Notes: a model not told the origin generated them from the letters alone. Counted from the stretch's first letter, positions 29,415 to 40,414 are shown. The stretch is 64,000 bases of DNA from an uncultured Gemmatimonadaceae bacterium (GCA_963781585.1 CAWAGQ010000009.1:91566-155565); one strand, 5' to 3'. Program-made: numbers and translations.

Positions 29415-31378
29415 GCATCTGGAGCGCGGTCGCGCCGCCGCTCGCGCTCGCCTGGCTCGCGGCGTGCGTCTTCGGCGCGCCGCTCCCCGCGCAGAGCACA
29501 TCGCCGCTGGTGGAGTGGCCCACCTATGGCGGCGACGCGGGCGGGATGAAGTACTCCCCGCTCACCGACGTCAATCGCGGTAACGTCGCGCGCCTGGCGC
29601 CGGCGTGGTCGTGGGCCACCGGCGAGAACGCCATCCGCGAGACCGACTCCACGCGCGCGGCGCGGCCGGGGAATTTCCAGGCCACGCCGCTCATGATCGA
29701 CGACACGCTCTACCTGAGCACGCCGTTCAACCGCGTGGTCGCATTGGATGCCAATACCGGTCGCGAGATCTGGAGCTACGATCCGGGGGCGTACCGCGCG
29801 GGCCAGCCGTCCAATGGGACGGGGCTGGTGCATCGCGGCGTCGCCGCGTGGACCGACGGACGTGAGCGCCGGATCTTCATGAACAGCCGGTGGCGGCTCA
29901 TCGCGCTCGACGCATCAACCGGAAGACCGATCGCCTCGTTCGGCACCAACGGCGAGATCGACCTCACCGCCAGGCTGCCGCGCCCGGTCAACAAGCTCCA
30001 TTACACCAACACGTCGCCGCCGGTGATCTGGGGCGATCTCGTGATCGTCGGCAACGGCGTGGGCGACCGCCTGACCTACCGCGACGATCCGCCGGGCGAC
30101 GTCCAGGCGTTCGACGTCCACACGGGCCGGCAAGCCTGGATCTTCCACACGGTGCCGAGGCCGGGCGAGTTCGGGAATGAGACGTGGGCGGATTCATCGT
30201 GGAATTTCACCGGGCACACCAACGTCTGGGCGCCGTTCACGGTGGACAGCGCGCGGGGGCTGGTCTTTCTGCCGGTGAGCACGCCCAGCAACGACTGGTA
30301 CGGAGGCCGTCGGCTGGGGGCCGGGCTGTTCGGGGAGTCGCTGGTCTGCCTCGACGCGCGGACGGGAAAGCGCGTCTGGCATTTCCAGGTGACCCATCAC
30401 GGGCTCTGGGACTACGACCTGCCAGCGCCGCCTAACGTCATAACGATCCGGCGCGGCGCCGAGCGGGTGGACGCGGTGGTCGCGCCCACCAAGCAGGGGT
30501 TCATCTTCGTCTTCGATCGGCTCACCGGGAAGCCGCTCTGGCCGGTGGAGGAGCGCGCGGTTCCGCGGAGCGACGTGCCGGGTGAGCAGGCGTGGCCCAC
30601 GCAGCCGTTTCCCACCAGGCCGCCGCCGGTGGCGCCGCAGGGGTTCACCGACGCCGACGTGGTCGATTTCACTCCGGCCATCCGCGACTCGGCGCTGGCC
30701 CTCGTCCACCTGTATCGCATGGGACCGGTTTTCACGCCGCCGTCGCTCGAAGGGACGATCGTCGTCCCGGGGGTGATCGGCGGTGTGGGCTGGGGCGGTG
30801 CGGCCTACGACCCTGAGACCAGCACCCTATACGTGAAGGCGTCGAATTCGCCAGCGTTCATGCGGCTGGTCAAGCGCGACGCGCCGTCGGATACGGTCGA
30901 CGCTGATTACATGCTCGACCTCGCGAACTCGTCGTTGAGCCTGCGTTTTCCCGCACCGCCGGGGGAACCATCGGGAGGACGAGTGCCGCCGCTTCCGATC
31001 ATCAAGCCGCCGTATGGCACGCTGACCGCGATCGATCTTGCCACCGGCACGTTCCGCTGGCAGGTGCCGGTGGGCGATACGCCGCAGCTGCGAGATCATC
31101 CCGCCCTGCGCGGGGTGACCCTTCCCAAGGCGTTAGGCGTGTCGGGGTCACCCGGAGCGATGGTCACACGCGGCGGACTCGTCTTCGTGTCCGGCGGAGG
31201 AAACGTACTCTACGCCATCGACGCGCAGAACGGGCATAACTTGTGGGAGTACGACTTGGGACAACGGGCCTACGCCAATCCGATGACGTACCGGACGCGC
31301 GCCGGCCGGCAGTTCGTGGTCATCGCCAGCGGCGCCGGGTCGAACGCGACCCTGCGCGCGTTCGCGCTGGCGCCGTAG
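29411..31378 (+). CDS. PQQ-dependent dehydrogenase (glucose/quinate family)
   Basis: WPTYGGD..KYSPL, FQATPL, HHGLWDYD, TKQGFIFVFDR, NPMTY. Confidence 0.9.
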   Translation: MSIWSAVAPPLALAWLAACVFGAPLPAQSTSPLVEWPTYGGDAGGMKYSPLTDVNRGNVARLAPAWSWATGENAIRETDSTRAARPGNFQATPLMIDDTLYLSTPFNRVVALDANTGREIWSYDPGAYRAGQPSNGTGLVHRGVAAWTDGRERRIFMNSRWRLIALDASTGRPIASFGTNGEIDLTARLPRPVNKLHYTNTSPPVIWGDLVIVGNGVGDRLTYRDDPPGDVQAFDVHTGRQAWIFHTVPRPGEFGNETWADSSWNFTGHTNVWAPFTVDSARGLVFLPVSTPSNDWYGGRRLGAGLFGESLVCLDARTGKRVWHFQVTHHGLWDYDLPAPPNVITIRRGAERVDAVVAPTKQGFIFVFDRLTGKPLWPVEERAVPRSDVPGEQAWPTQPFPTRPPPVAPQGFTDADVVDFTPAIRDSALALVHLYRMGPVFTPPSLEGTIVVPGVIGGVGWGGAAYDPETSTLYVKASNSPAFMRLVKRDAPSDTVDADYMLDLANSSLSLRFPAPPGEPSGGRVPPLPIIKPPYGTLTAIDLATGTFRWQVPVGDTPQLRDHPALRGVTLPKALGVSGSPGAMVTRGGLVFVSGGGNVLYAIDAQNGHNLWEYDLGQRAYANPMTYRTRAGRQFVVIASGAGSNATLRAFALAP

Positions 31379-31521
31379 CGCAAGCATCACGTGATCGGGA
31401 CGGACCCCGAGCGAAAGGGAGCGACCAGAACAGGCGAAGGGCGTCGGGTGGGCTGCCGCGTTGACTCCAAACCGTGGCATCGCCCGTACGGATGGCGTCG
31501 GCACCTCGAACAGGAGAATCC

Positions 31522-31776
31522 ATGGGACTCATCTGGATGTGCATCATCGGACTCGTCGTCGGTGCGATTGCGAAGTGGATCATGCCCGGCAAGGACCCGG
31601 GCGGGATATTCGTGACCATTCTGCTCGGCATCGGTGGTTCCTTCGTCGCGGGCTTCCTCGGTCGCCTCGTGGGGTGGTACAGCGCGGGCAGTGGCGCCGG
31701 GTTGATCGCGTCCGTGCTCGGCGCCATTCTCATCCTCTGGATCTATCGGAAGATGCAGGCGTCGAAGACGTCCTAG
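31522..31776 (+). CDS. GlsB/YeaQ/YmgE stress-response membrane protein
   Basis: IIGLVVGAIAKWIMPGKDPGG..TILLGIGGS; RBS AGGAGA. Confidence 0.9.
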   Translation: MGLIWMCIIGLVVGAIAKWIMPGKDPGGIFVTILLGIGGSFVAGFLGRLVGWYSAGSGAGLIASVLGAILILWIYRKMQASKTS

Positions 31777-31821
31777 CGCCGGTCGCGCATGGGACGTCCC
31801 CATTCGAACGGAGGATATCCC

Positions 31822-33186
31822 ATGCGCATTCCGGCCTCGCCGCGCGGGTCGCTCGCTGCCGCTCTGGCCGGGGCAGCGATTGTGGCCGTTTTCGTCGGGA
31901 CGCCATTGCTCGGCGCGCAAGCGCCCGCGCGGCAGACGCAGGCGGATGACTACACGCGCTACGAGCTGCTCGCGCCGGGGTCGGCCAGGTTCCGGATTCT
32001 GTATGAGGTAACGGCGACGACGCCGGGGGCCACGGCGTTCTTCAACGCCATTCGTCGTGGCAGCGTGGCGAGCGACGAGGCCGTGTACGATCGGATGACC
32101 GCCGCCAGGCTGCGGTTCGAGGTGGTGAACGGGACCGTGGCGCGCGCCGGTGGCGTGCGCGGCGCGGATTCCACGGGCGAGTACATCATGGTGCATCTCG
32201 CCCGACCGGTCCCCGACAGCGGCGAGGCGCGGCTCCTGATCGAGAAGACGTACGAGGACGCAACCAGTTACCTGGTCCGGGGCGACACGATCGTTTTCAC
32301 CCGCCCGTTAGGCATCAAGCGGAATGCGGTGGTGCTCCCGGCGGGGTACGAGCTCCTGAGCGTGAACTATCCGTCGCAGGTCCGCACCGAGCCGGACGGA
32401 AGGCTGGCGGTGAGCTTCATCAACACCAGCCCGGCGCAGGTGCCGTACACCGTTCGCGCGCGCTGTGCGAGGAGGGTGCCGGCGGGAGCGCCCTGTCCTG
32501 CGCCGGCGGCGCCTTCGGCCGGTCGCGGTGCCGGAGCCGCGGCGAGCGGCGCGTCGCCGCCAACCACCCCGGCGGCTCAACCGGGGAACGCGGCCGCGGC
32601 CACCCCGGAAACGCGGTCACGCGCATCCCGGCTTTCCGAGCGCGCGCATCAGGACCGGGAAATCGTCTACTTCCTGCAGCAGCCCGAGACCCACGCATTC
32701 GATCTCTATCACGACTACACCGAGTCGCGTCCGGGGGTGGACAAGTACATCAACGTGGTGCGGGCGGGGAGCGCGGTTTCGCGCCCGTCGGCGCGGATCC
32801 TCGATACCGGCGAGTCGCTGCCTCACGAGATCCTGCGCGGGGCGCAGATCACGGCCGCGAAGGTCGACATCGGTGAGCCGGTGACGCCGGGCAGCGAGGT
32901 GGTGGTGATCCGCTTCCCGGCGGTGAAGGCGGGTCAGTCGATCCGGCTGCGGATCAGCGAGACATATTCGGACGCGGCGCGCTACCGGCTCGAGGGCGAC
33001 GAGCTGGTGTGGGACCGGTCGTTCGGCCGTCCGGCGAACGCGATGGTGTTGCCGGCGGGGTGGTCGCTCACCAACTGCTCGATTCCGGCGACGGTGTCGA
33101 TGACCGAGGATGGGCGGGTGCGGCTCGACTTCATCAATCCGCGGAACGATGAGATTGCGGTGCTGGTGACGGCGCGGCGGCGGTGA
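31822..33186 (+). CDS. Secreted hypothetical protein with internal two-domain duplication
   Basis: Signal peptide; halves share Y.L..P....F...Y and R..G...NA.VLPAG..L, joined by a Pro/Ala linker. Confidence 0.75.
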   Translation: MRIPASPRGSLAAALAGAAIVAVFVGTPLLGAQAPARQTQADDYTRYELLAPGSARFRILYEVTATTPGATAFFNAIRRGSVASDEAVYDRMTAARLRFEVVNGTVARAGGVRGADSTGEYIMVHLARPVPDSGEARLLIEKTYEDATSYLVRGDTIVFTRPLGIKRNAVVLPAGYELLSVNYPSQVRTEPDGRLAVSFINTSPAQVPYTVRARCARRVPAGAPCPAPAAPSAGRGAGAAASGASPPTTPAAQPGNAAAATPETRSRASRLSERAHQDREIVYFLQQPETHAFDLYHDYTESRPGVDKYINVVRAGSAVSRPSARILDTGESLPHEILRGAQITAAKVDIGEPVTPGSEVVVIRFPAVKAGQSIRLRISETYSDAARYRLEGDELVWDRSFGRPANAMVLPAGWSLTNCSIPATVSMTEDGRVRLDFINPRNDEIAVLVTARRR

Positions 33187-33268
33187 GGGCCGCGGCTCAC
33201 GCTCCCGATGCGAACACCACAACACGCCATCGCTGGCGGTTGGGCGCAGGCGCGCGATGCTCCCGAAC

Positions 33269-34305
33269 TCACTGAGAGGGAAGCAGAAACCGTTCGAGAT
33301 GCTCCAGATCATCTGCGTCACGGCGCGCGACATAGACGTGGCCGGTGCCGAATCCAACGACCCGCGTGTTCGCAGGGAAGGTCACGCGCTGCACCAGTTG
33401 GCCCGAGTCGCCAATGACATCGTAGAGCGGACGCTTACCAGGCACGACGGTTCGTTTGACCCATAGTCTACCGTCCTCCGCGAACATGGCGGCCTTGTCG
33501 AGAAAGGGCGGAAGGAATGGCGGCCAGGACCGCGGCTCCCGGTACGGTGGCGTCTGGAGGGTCGCGGAAGAGCCACCATCCCGCTGGACACTCAGTGTTG
33601 GGCCGCGCTCGTTGCGCGCATCACGCCATTCCTGCTTCACTCGTTCGTCGACCTTTATCGGTAGAAACTGCATCGGACTCCCGTCATGACGCGCGCCGGT
33701 TGTCCCCACGATGTCCACCCGGTACGGTTCCGGTCGCACGATGGCTACACGACCATCGCGGCGAACGGCCCACAGCGTGGTCGCCGCAAATGGGGGCACC
33801 ACATAACCGGGAGCGGCCGCGACAATTCCTGAACCAATTACTCGACTTCCCGGTCCGAATCGGTTAGGAATGAACGCCACGGTATCGGCCTGGCAGGTCG
33901 AGGTCCAACGCTCGATGGCCGCAGAATCGGTCGCCAGTAGGCCCTCACGCTCACTCCTGGCAGTGGGCGCCGCCTCAGAATAAAGCCGACCCTTCGCGTC
34001 CGCTGCGACAAACACCGATGACCAGGTCGTCACTGCTCCGGGACAGTCGCGACCGCTGCGGTCCGGCAAGAATCCGCCCGCCGATCCCGTTAACTCACCC
34101 CGTTAGGCTGTACAGAAAAGCGGAGCCACTTCTCGAAGACACTTCCGTCTCCGAGTGCGCGGACTTGCGTGATGCGGGTGAACGATCCTTGGAACTCGGC
34201 TTCGACATGATCGACCTCGGCCGTCGGAGTCGACTGCGCCGCGACATCCTTCGTCAGCATCACCTCAAGAACGCCCAGGATCAGGGACGTGAGCATAATC
34301 CGCAT
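33269..34305 (-). pseudogene. Exported beta-propeller-like protein, split/internally deleted
   Basis: N-terminal part 34090-34305 (signal, FTRITQVRALGDG); C-terminal part with WPPFLPPF..DGRLWV..YDV..RDADDLEHLERF like the other cargo propellers. Confidence 0.6.
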
Positions 34306-34317
34306 CCGTTCTCTTTT

Positions 34318-35030
34318 TCACGTTCCTCCCTCCCCTGCTACGCGGCCACCGAACGGTGACTTGTCGGCAATAAGAGCCGTGATGACGCGAAGAACTTCGT
34401 CGCGTGATGGTGACGCACCGAACAGCCATCCATTGACAACGACCGTGGGCGTTGCATTGAGGCCCAGGCTGTCTGCCAGCGCAAGTCCTGCGTCAATTCG
34501 CGGCATTCGCGGCGGGTGATGCACGCAGTCGTTGAATGCTATGGTGTCCTTCATCCCGGCTTCTCGCGCAAACGAAGCCCATGATTTGAGACCGAGCGAA
34601 TCCTGCTTCTCAAAGACAATACCAATGAACGCGGCCAGCATCGATTGCTTGTCAGCACACTCAGCAGCCGTAGCAGCAGGCCGAGCGAACCGGTGAATCT
34701 TCAACGGAAAATGAACGAGGACGAGAGAGACATTCTGACCGAAGCCGCTCAGCACCTGGTGGGATGACCGTCTCATGGTAGTAGCGACATGGTGGGCACT
34801 CGAGATCCGTGAACTCCGCGACCTTCACCTTGGCTGCTCATTACGTACTTGAAGTCCGCTATTCACTATTGACATCCACAGTCGCGCCGGGAGTAGGCGC
34901 GGAGGAGGAATGCGAACTGTGGTGGTTTGCCCTGCGACCCTCGATCGCGACGCCGAAAGATAGGGCAAACTCACCACCGTGCCGGTCCAGGACTGACGGG
35001 ACACATGGATCCGCCCATTGTCGGGAAATG
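34318..35030 (-). pseudogene. DsbA/thioredoxin-fold protein, frameshifted
   Basis: AKVKVAEFTDLECPPCR (~34770-34830) out of frame with VHFPL...ATPTVVVNG; 5' end approximate. Confidence 0.7.
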
Positions 35031-35274
35031 ACATCGAGACTCGCCTCCGGCGTCCTGAACACGGTCTGCGAAAAGTCGACCAGGGAAAACCTGCGCGGCG
35101 GCGAGCGCCCCGAAGGCGCAACGACGGCCAGCCGGCCGAGGTAGCTGCTCGCCACGACGATGAGCTCCTGCTGCCGGGGGCAGGCGATTCTCGCGCTTAC
35201 AAAGGGTTGCGCCAGAGCCAGGTTCTAATCGACGCCTGGATCGGGGACGAGGTTCACAACGCGAGCAAATCGCT

Positions 35275-36720
35275 TCAGCAACTCAGCGAACGACGCGTGC
35301 CAACTGACCATCCACTCGCCATGCCCGCATCATAAGGCCTGCTATCAATACTTGATCGTTGTGTTGCCAGAATCTCCTTCACGACGTCACGTGCGCACTT
35401 CCAGACGAGGCCATGACCGGCATCTCTAATGATGAGCACGACGGCACGTGACAGCTCCCCCGCACTGCTAACCAGTTCGGCAGGCGTTATTGGATCCAGC
35501 TCACCGACCATAGCGATGATCGGAATGACCTTTTTCAAGGGGTGCCGAGGAGTGAAACCAACGCGAGGCCATGCACTACATGCTGCCAGCAAGTCAAGCA
35601 CGAAGGCGCGACTCCAAGACGCCGAGAGGTCTACGAGGCTCGTCTCCTTAGGCGTCGCGCGAATGTTCTCGCACAAAGTCGAAAGCACGGCGATACCGTT
35701 TTGCCTCGCCAGTTCTTCCCTTAAGTCATCGACCGCGATTTCTAGGGCTACTCTCGATCCTCCCTGCCTTGTCGATTCCAGCAGTCGCACAAATCGTGCT
35801 CGTGCCTGCGGATCGGCGAGCTGCTCCTGCAACAGCAGCGCAAGACCCCGAGCCGTGATCGTGACTACTGTGTCGCCACTCCGGCTACTCGTCCGCACAT
35901 GGACGACCATTGGTGACACCTGCAGGCGATCGAGCGCCATCTCGATTCCCTTGGAAAGAGTTTCATCGCCCAAGGTGCACGAACGGTCGACGGAACAGAG
36001 TTCTTGCATACGCATGACAGTGCGGCGCGTAGCGAAAGGCACCTGAGCAAGCCAGGGCGCAAGTGTTAGAGGCGAGTGAAGTACAAGTCCGCTGAGATGC
36101 TCCGGATATGCGGCACCATAAAGAAGCGCGGCACGCGCACCCGACGACAGGCCGTAGATAATGACGTGAGACAGACCGAGCCGCGTTCTCACGAGTTCCA
36201 GATCATCGGCCAGCGCTTGGCTTCCGTATTTCGATGCCTCGCTCGACGGACCGAGACTGTCACGACACGCTGCGACGCTTCGTGGGGCAAACCGCCGCGT
36301 TCCATCGAAATAGAGTTGACATCTCGCCCCACTCGAACGACCGGTGCCATACGAGTCGAACAGTACGAGATCGTGTCTGGCAAGGAGGTCTCCTAGCGCG
36401 GCCTCGGCAAACTCAAGTTCCTGGGTGCCGGCGAGCCCGGGGCCGCCTGGAAGAAAGACAATCGTCGGAGCATCGGGGTGTTCCTCGTCTGCTCTCCTGC
36501 GCATAACGAAAAACGAGTCAACCGCCTCCGGCCGACGTTTGGTCTCGTCGATACCATGGACGAAGAAACACTGGATGGCCGCGGCACGACCTGCCAACGA
36601 TGCAGGGCACTCTCCTGACCGCCCATCGCCGACAGGCGCGTCTAAACCCCGCATTCCTACGCTTGGGGCCAAGCTGAACAGTAGCCGAGCGATTCGGCTG
36701 ACGGCCGGACCAGACATCAT
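35275..36720 (-). CDS. Alpha/beta hydrolase, S33/TAP-like peptidase
   Basis: LPGGPG, GLSSG nucleophile elbow, GELDPITP, DAGHG triad. Confidence 0.75.
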   Translation of the reverse strand: MMSGPAVSRIARLLFSLAPSVGMRGLDAPVGDGRSGECPASLAGRAAAIQCFFVHGIDETKRRPEAVDSFFVMRRRADEEHPDAPTIVFLPGGPGLAGTQELEFAEAALGDLLARHDLVLFDSYGTGRSSGARCQLYFDGTRRFAPRSVAACRDSLGPSSEASKYGSQALADDLELVRTRLGLSHVIIYGLSSGARAALLYGAAYPEHLSGLVLHSPLTLAPWLAQVPFATRRTVMRMQELCSVDRSCTLGDETLSKGIEMALDRLQVSPMVVHVRTSSRSGDTVVTITARGLALLLQEQLADPQARARFVRLLESTRQGGSRVALEIAVDDLREELARQNGIAVLSTLCENIRATPKETSLVDLSASWSRAFVLDLLAACSAWPRVGFTPRHPLKKVIPIIAMVGELDPITPAELVSSAGELSRAVVLIIRDAGHGLVWKCARDVVKEILATQRSSIDSRPYDAGMASGWSVGTRRSLSC

Positions 36721-36812
36721 GCGGCCGGAACGAGTCCGTCGCCTGGATGGCTAGAGGTCAGCATGAGGCAGATGTCCGCCACGCGTCGGTTGCAGCCTTG
36801 GGGCCCGTGGGC

Positions 36813-37025
36813 TTACTGGTCGGCCGCTCGGCAGTTTTCATTCGTCACACACTCATTGATGCGCTCGAGACAGCAATCCACGCAGCAGTAACGTACACCT
36901 TCCACGGATATCTTGCAGCACTTGCCCCAGTTATCGTCTGCTTGTGCCACGTTGACTGAAACCAACCCGAGAATCGTAGCGGCCGCGACGTTGGCGGCAA
37001 GGACCAGAGTTCTCTGCCTCGTCAT
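36813..37025 (-). CDS. Small secreted Cys-rich peptide P1 (8 Cys)
   Basis: RBS AAGGAGG; signal peptide ending AQA; CC-x9-CC-x2-CC-x6-C-x5-C. Confidence 0.8.
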   Translation of the reverse strand: MTRQRTLVLAANVAAATILGLVSVNVAQADDNWGKCCKISVEGVRYCCVDCCLERINECVTNENCRAADQ

Positions 37026-37063
37026 CTGACTGCCTCCTTAGGTATGTCGAGTTGAGAGCGATG

Positions 37064-37288
37064 CTATTGCTCTTCGAGATTGCAGAATTCCGAAGAGGAA
37101 CATCTCGTGCCACCAGTAGAGCAGCACTGGTCGCAACAAAACTTCACGCTATCCACCGAGGTCTTGCAGCAGTCATACTTCTTCGGGCCGGTCTGCGCGT
37201 CGGCACCACTTGGCGCTTCCAGTCCAAGCATGAGGATCGTTGCGAAGGCAGCGTTGAGCATCAACAGAGCGGTACGCGTTCGTGACAT
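37064..37288 (-). CDS. Small secreted Cys-rich peptide P2 (8 Cys), same framework as P1
   Basis: RBS GAGGAGG before MSRTRT; signal ending ADA; CC-x9-CC-x2-CC-x6-C-x5-C. Confidence 0.8.
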   Translation of the reverse strand: MSRTRTALLMLNAAFATILMLGLEAPSGADAQTGPKKYDCCKTSVDSVKFCCDQCCSTGGTRCSSSEFCNLEEQ

Positions 37289-37342
37289 GAGTAGCCTCCT
37301 CTCTAATGACCGGGAATGCGGACAACTGTGCAATTCTCTTGA

Positions 37343-38551
37343 CTAGGGAACTGCGCTGCTACGTGTAACAAAAGCGGGCCATCGTGCGCCATCCTCGCTT
37401 TGCATGATGCCGATCAGCTCTGTCTCGGTGATCTCGATCGGCCTGAAGCCGCGTGGAATTCGGAGGTCTCGCTCCACGCTGTGTATGTCCAGAAGGGTCC
37501 ACGTGCGGCCGAAGCCGAGCGCATCGTCGCGAAGGCTGAAGTGCTCGAGCCACAAATCACCACGCCGACTGCATAACAACCTTACAAACCGTGGTTTCTC
37601 CAGGGGAAAATCACCTCGTTGTCGACCTAATATCTCCCGCCCTCGCTTGCGGGCTCCGACGGTGTCTCCTCTCGAGTCGCGCGCCTCATTCACAAGGAGC
37701 TCGCCGAGAAAGATTTCCAGCTCGTCGTCACTGAACAAGCCAGGGAGTGAATCGACACGCGGTATGGCTATCCGGTCGATCGTGTCTCCGCTCAGTCGCA
37801 GCTTGTACAGCATCGTGCCTAGTCCATCATAGACAGCCACTGAAGAGTCGGGGCAGACGTCCCAGAGAGGTAACGGCACTAGAGACGTGGCATCCTGGAG
37901 TACCCGTTGCCGGCCGCTGATGTCCCGAAAGCTTACTATCGTATCGCGCCAACCGGACGAGATATCGGCGACCATCAGTATGGGCCGAAGCAGATCGGCA
38001 TTCGTGCCCACGTTGCCGGGATGTTCTGCGAAGACCACCACCGACCCAATGAGCTTGGCGAGAAATGGATCGCCGAAACCTGTAGATTCCACGTCGGATC
38101 GCACATATCCCCTGACAACCGAGAGGGCGGCAACCGTTCTCGCTGTGCCAAAGGTGTCCACCGCGAGAACTTGCTTTCGCGCAACATCCCAGACGAAGGG
38201 CGGGCCGTCTCCGAGGGCACCACCAAGAAATCGCCAAGGTTTGAAGAAGTCGGTCGGCCCACGTCCATGCCGGCCGTTCTGGAACAACAAGTGCCCTGTG
38301 GAGTCGTATCGCTTGAGGTACGGCTCTGCATCGGCCAGTACCCACCATCCTCCGTCCGCGGAACGACGAATGTCGCGAGTGTCGAATGCACTTGAATCAA
38401 CTATGATGGCCCGAGCCGGCCCTAGCTCCTGAACTGTCAGGGCCAGCTCCTTCTGTCCAGTGCATGCAAGGAAGCATGACAACGTTAGGAGCATACGAGG
38501 ATCGGCACGGTTCTCCCGCATGGGCCCAGTACCGGTGTGAGGGCGCTTCAT
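37343..38551 (-). CDS. Exported beta-propeller-like (NHL/6-bladed) putative lipoprotein
   Basis: FLAC lipobox-like; GRHGRGPTDF; FPLEKPRF..GDLWLE. Confidence 0.65.
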   Translation of the reverse strand: MKRPHTGTGPMRENRADPRMLLTLSCFLACTGQKELALTVQELGPARAIIVDSSAFDTRDIRRSADGGWWVLADAEPYLKRYDSTGHLLFQNGRHGRGPTDFFKPWRFLGGALGDGPPFVWDVARKQVLAVDTFGTARTVAALSVVRGYVRSDVESTGFGDPFLAKLIGSVVVFAEHPGNVGTNADLLRPILMVADISSGWRDTIVSFRDISGRQRVLQDATSLVPLPLWDVCPDSSVAVYDGLGTMLYKLRLSGDTIDRIAIPRVDSLPGLFSDDELEIFLGELLVNEARDSRGDTVGARKRGREILGRQRGDFPLEKPRFVRLLCSRRGDLWLEHFSLRDDALGFGRTWTLLDIHSVERDLRIPRGFRPIEITETELIGIMQSEDGARWPAFVTRSSAVP

Positions 38552-39129
38552 CGCGCTGCCCGCAAGGTGCTGTCAACTGCTTCCAATCGCGATCCGTGAT
38601 CCATCAGCACGAGTTGTCCGCTGGGATTCACGAGATAGAGCCACGGCGTTCTCCCCGTCAGTGCGCGTTCCGCTGACTTCGGCGCGAAGTGCTGCACGGA
38701 TAGCAAGTCGGTTCGCCAGCCATGGGTGTCCCTAAACACCGATGCTTGCGCAGGAGCGTCTCGTGTCATTGCAATCGTCTGCAGACCTTCCTTGGGCGTC
38801 TGCAGCCACTGACTCCACTTCGGTGCCACTGCTTCGCAGTGTGCGCACGTCGACGAAAAGGCCAAGACGAGCGTCCACTTCGGAGAGTCCTGTAGACGCA
38901 CCGTATCGGGCCGCCCAATGCTGTCTTGGCCAACCAACGTCGCAATGGTGTCACCGATGATGAATGACCTAGGGCGCTCCACACCGGGATCCCGCCTCAC
39001 ATGATTTGAATAGACCGTCACGATTGCGATCATCTGGAGCGCGAGAAGGCCCCACAGGAGGCAGTTTGCTCTCCGCACCGGCAGGCTCCTTGGGCTTGAC
39101 CCGGGTATCTCAAGTGATCCCTGCATCAC
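38548..39129 (-). CDS. Membrane-anchored TlpA/peroxiredoxin-like thioredoxin-fold protein
   Basis: FSSTCAHC CxxC; RTPWLYLVNPSG; N-terminal TM segment. Confidence 0.75.
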   Translation of the reverse strand: MMQGSLEIPGSSPRSLPVRRANCLLWGLLALQMIAIVTVYSNHVRRDPGVERPRSFIIGDTIATLVGQDSIGRPDTVRLQDSPKWTLVLAFSSTCAHCEAVAPKWSQWLQTPKEGLQTIAMTRDAPAQASVFRDTHGWRTDLLSVQHFAPKSAERALTGRTPWLYLVNPSGQLVLMDHGSRLEAVDSTLRAAR

Positions 39130-39411
39130 GCTTCGCGATTCATCTTTCTTCTAATCGCCTAGTCTGGGGTGTCCAATGGGCCAGGGATCAGACCTGACAG
39201 CGCTGATGCAGCGTAGCCCGTCCCACGTCATTGATCGATGTCAGTGATGCCGTATGTCATTTCACGTGGACTATTCGCCTGTGGGTCAGACCTGCAACCT
39301 GTAGGATCAGATCAACTGGCGTGGTGATGTCCTTCGTTGGTCCCTATCAGGAATTCCCTGAATTACCAAGGACTACTCTTCCGGTTTGTCTGGCCTGGTG
39401 TGGACGCGCCG

Positions 39412-39458
39412 ATGGTAGGCTTCCCTCGATGCGCTGTCAATGAAATGTCCCACCGCGT
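39412..39458 (-). promoter_or_regulatory. Conserved cassette promoter/operator, copy A
   Basis: 23-bp invariant element running into TTGACA-17-TACCAT. Confidence 0.75.
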
Positions 39459-39593
39459 GACAACGGAGTCCGTCCGAACGCCGTGGGATCGCCGCGACGG
39501 GTGCGGCATCCGCACGAGGCGCAGGAGCAGCCCGTGAGGGAAGTCAGCCAGTCGGCAGTTCGCTCATGCTACACGCCACGCCTGTGGCGCTCA

Positions 39594-40407
39594 TCACTCG
39601 CGCCGCACCCACCACTCGATCGCCCTCCGGAGGCCGGCGTCGCCGCGCAACTCGCCGAACGAGACCCCGGCATGGCGATGCACGAAGTTCTGCAGCGCCG
39701 GTTCGCTCGAGAAAGCCGAGATCCCGGGCCACCTCGACCGCCGTGACCGAGCTGCGGGCACACGCGGCCCCGACATGAAGAAACCGCCCAGCATCGATCA
39801 CCTGGTGCGCATCCCGCCACCCGCGGCGCTGCACCTCCCGCAGCACCGTCCGGCGATTGACCGCAAACTGACCGGCCAGGCTTGCGGACCAAGGTTGTTG
39901 CGTGCGGGGCGGGCTCACGGCGAGCGGACGGTAGGCATTCCGTGCGCACCACGATTCCTCCGCACAGCCACGCGACCAGTGCGCGTATCGCAGCAGACCG
40001 GCGAGACTGGCGGGCAGGACGTGCCGGAGCCGCTGCATGACCTGATTGCGCAACTCAGCCTCTCCCGTCGCGGCCAGCCACAAGTCATCGATGGACGCGC
40101 CCGCGAGTTCGGTGATGCGGCCCGTGGACAGATCCTCACGCCCAATGCACAGGACCACGTGCGCGAGCGGGTACCGGTACCGGAAGGCGATCAGGTCGTC
40201 GCCGGACAGTCGGCCCCCGTCCGTGTGTGTCCCGACCAGCACCACCATACGTTCACCCACGAGCGTCGGGAACCCGGGCACTTCGTCCAGCCCGTGCACA
40301 ACGGCCACGGCCGCGGGCACACCGCGCAACGCTCGGCACACCTGTTGTCGGAGCAGCGGATCGCCGACGGCCACGCAGACGCGGGCAGGACGCGGATCGT
40401 GCCACAC
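39594..40407 (-). pseudogene. Receiver-like + AraC-type HTH regulator, copy 1 (frameshift near 39710)
   Basis: LAGQFAVNRRTVLRE..RFLH..VARDLGF / SEPALQNFVHRHAG; one extra base versus copy 2. Confidence 0.7.
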
Positions 40408-40414
40408 GCGCGCC

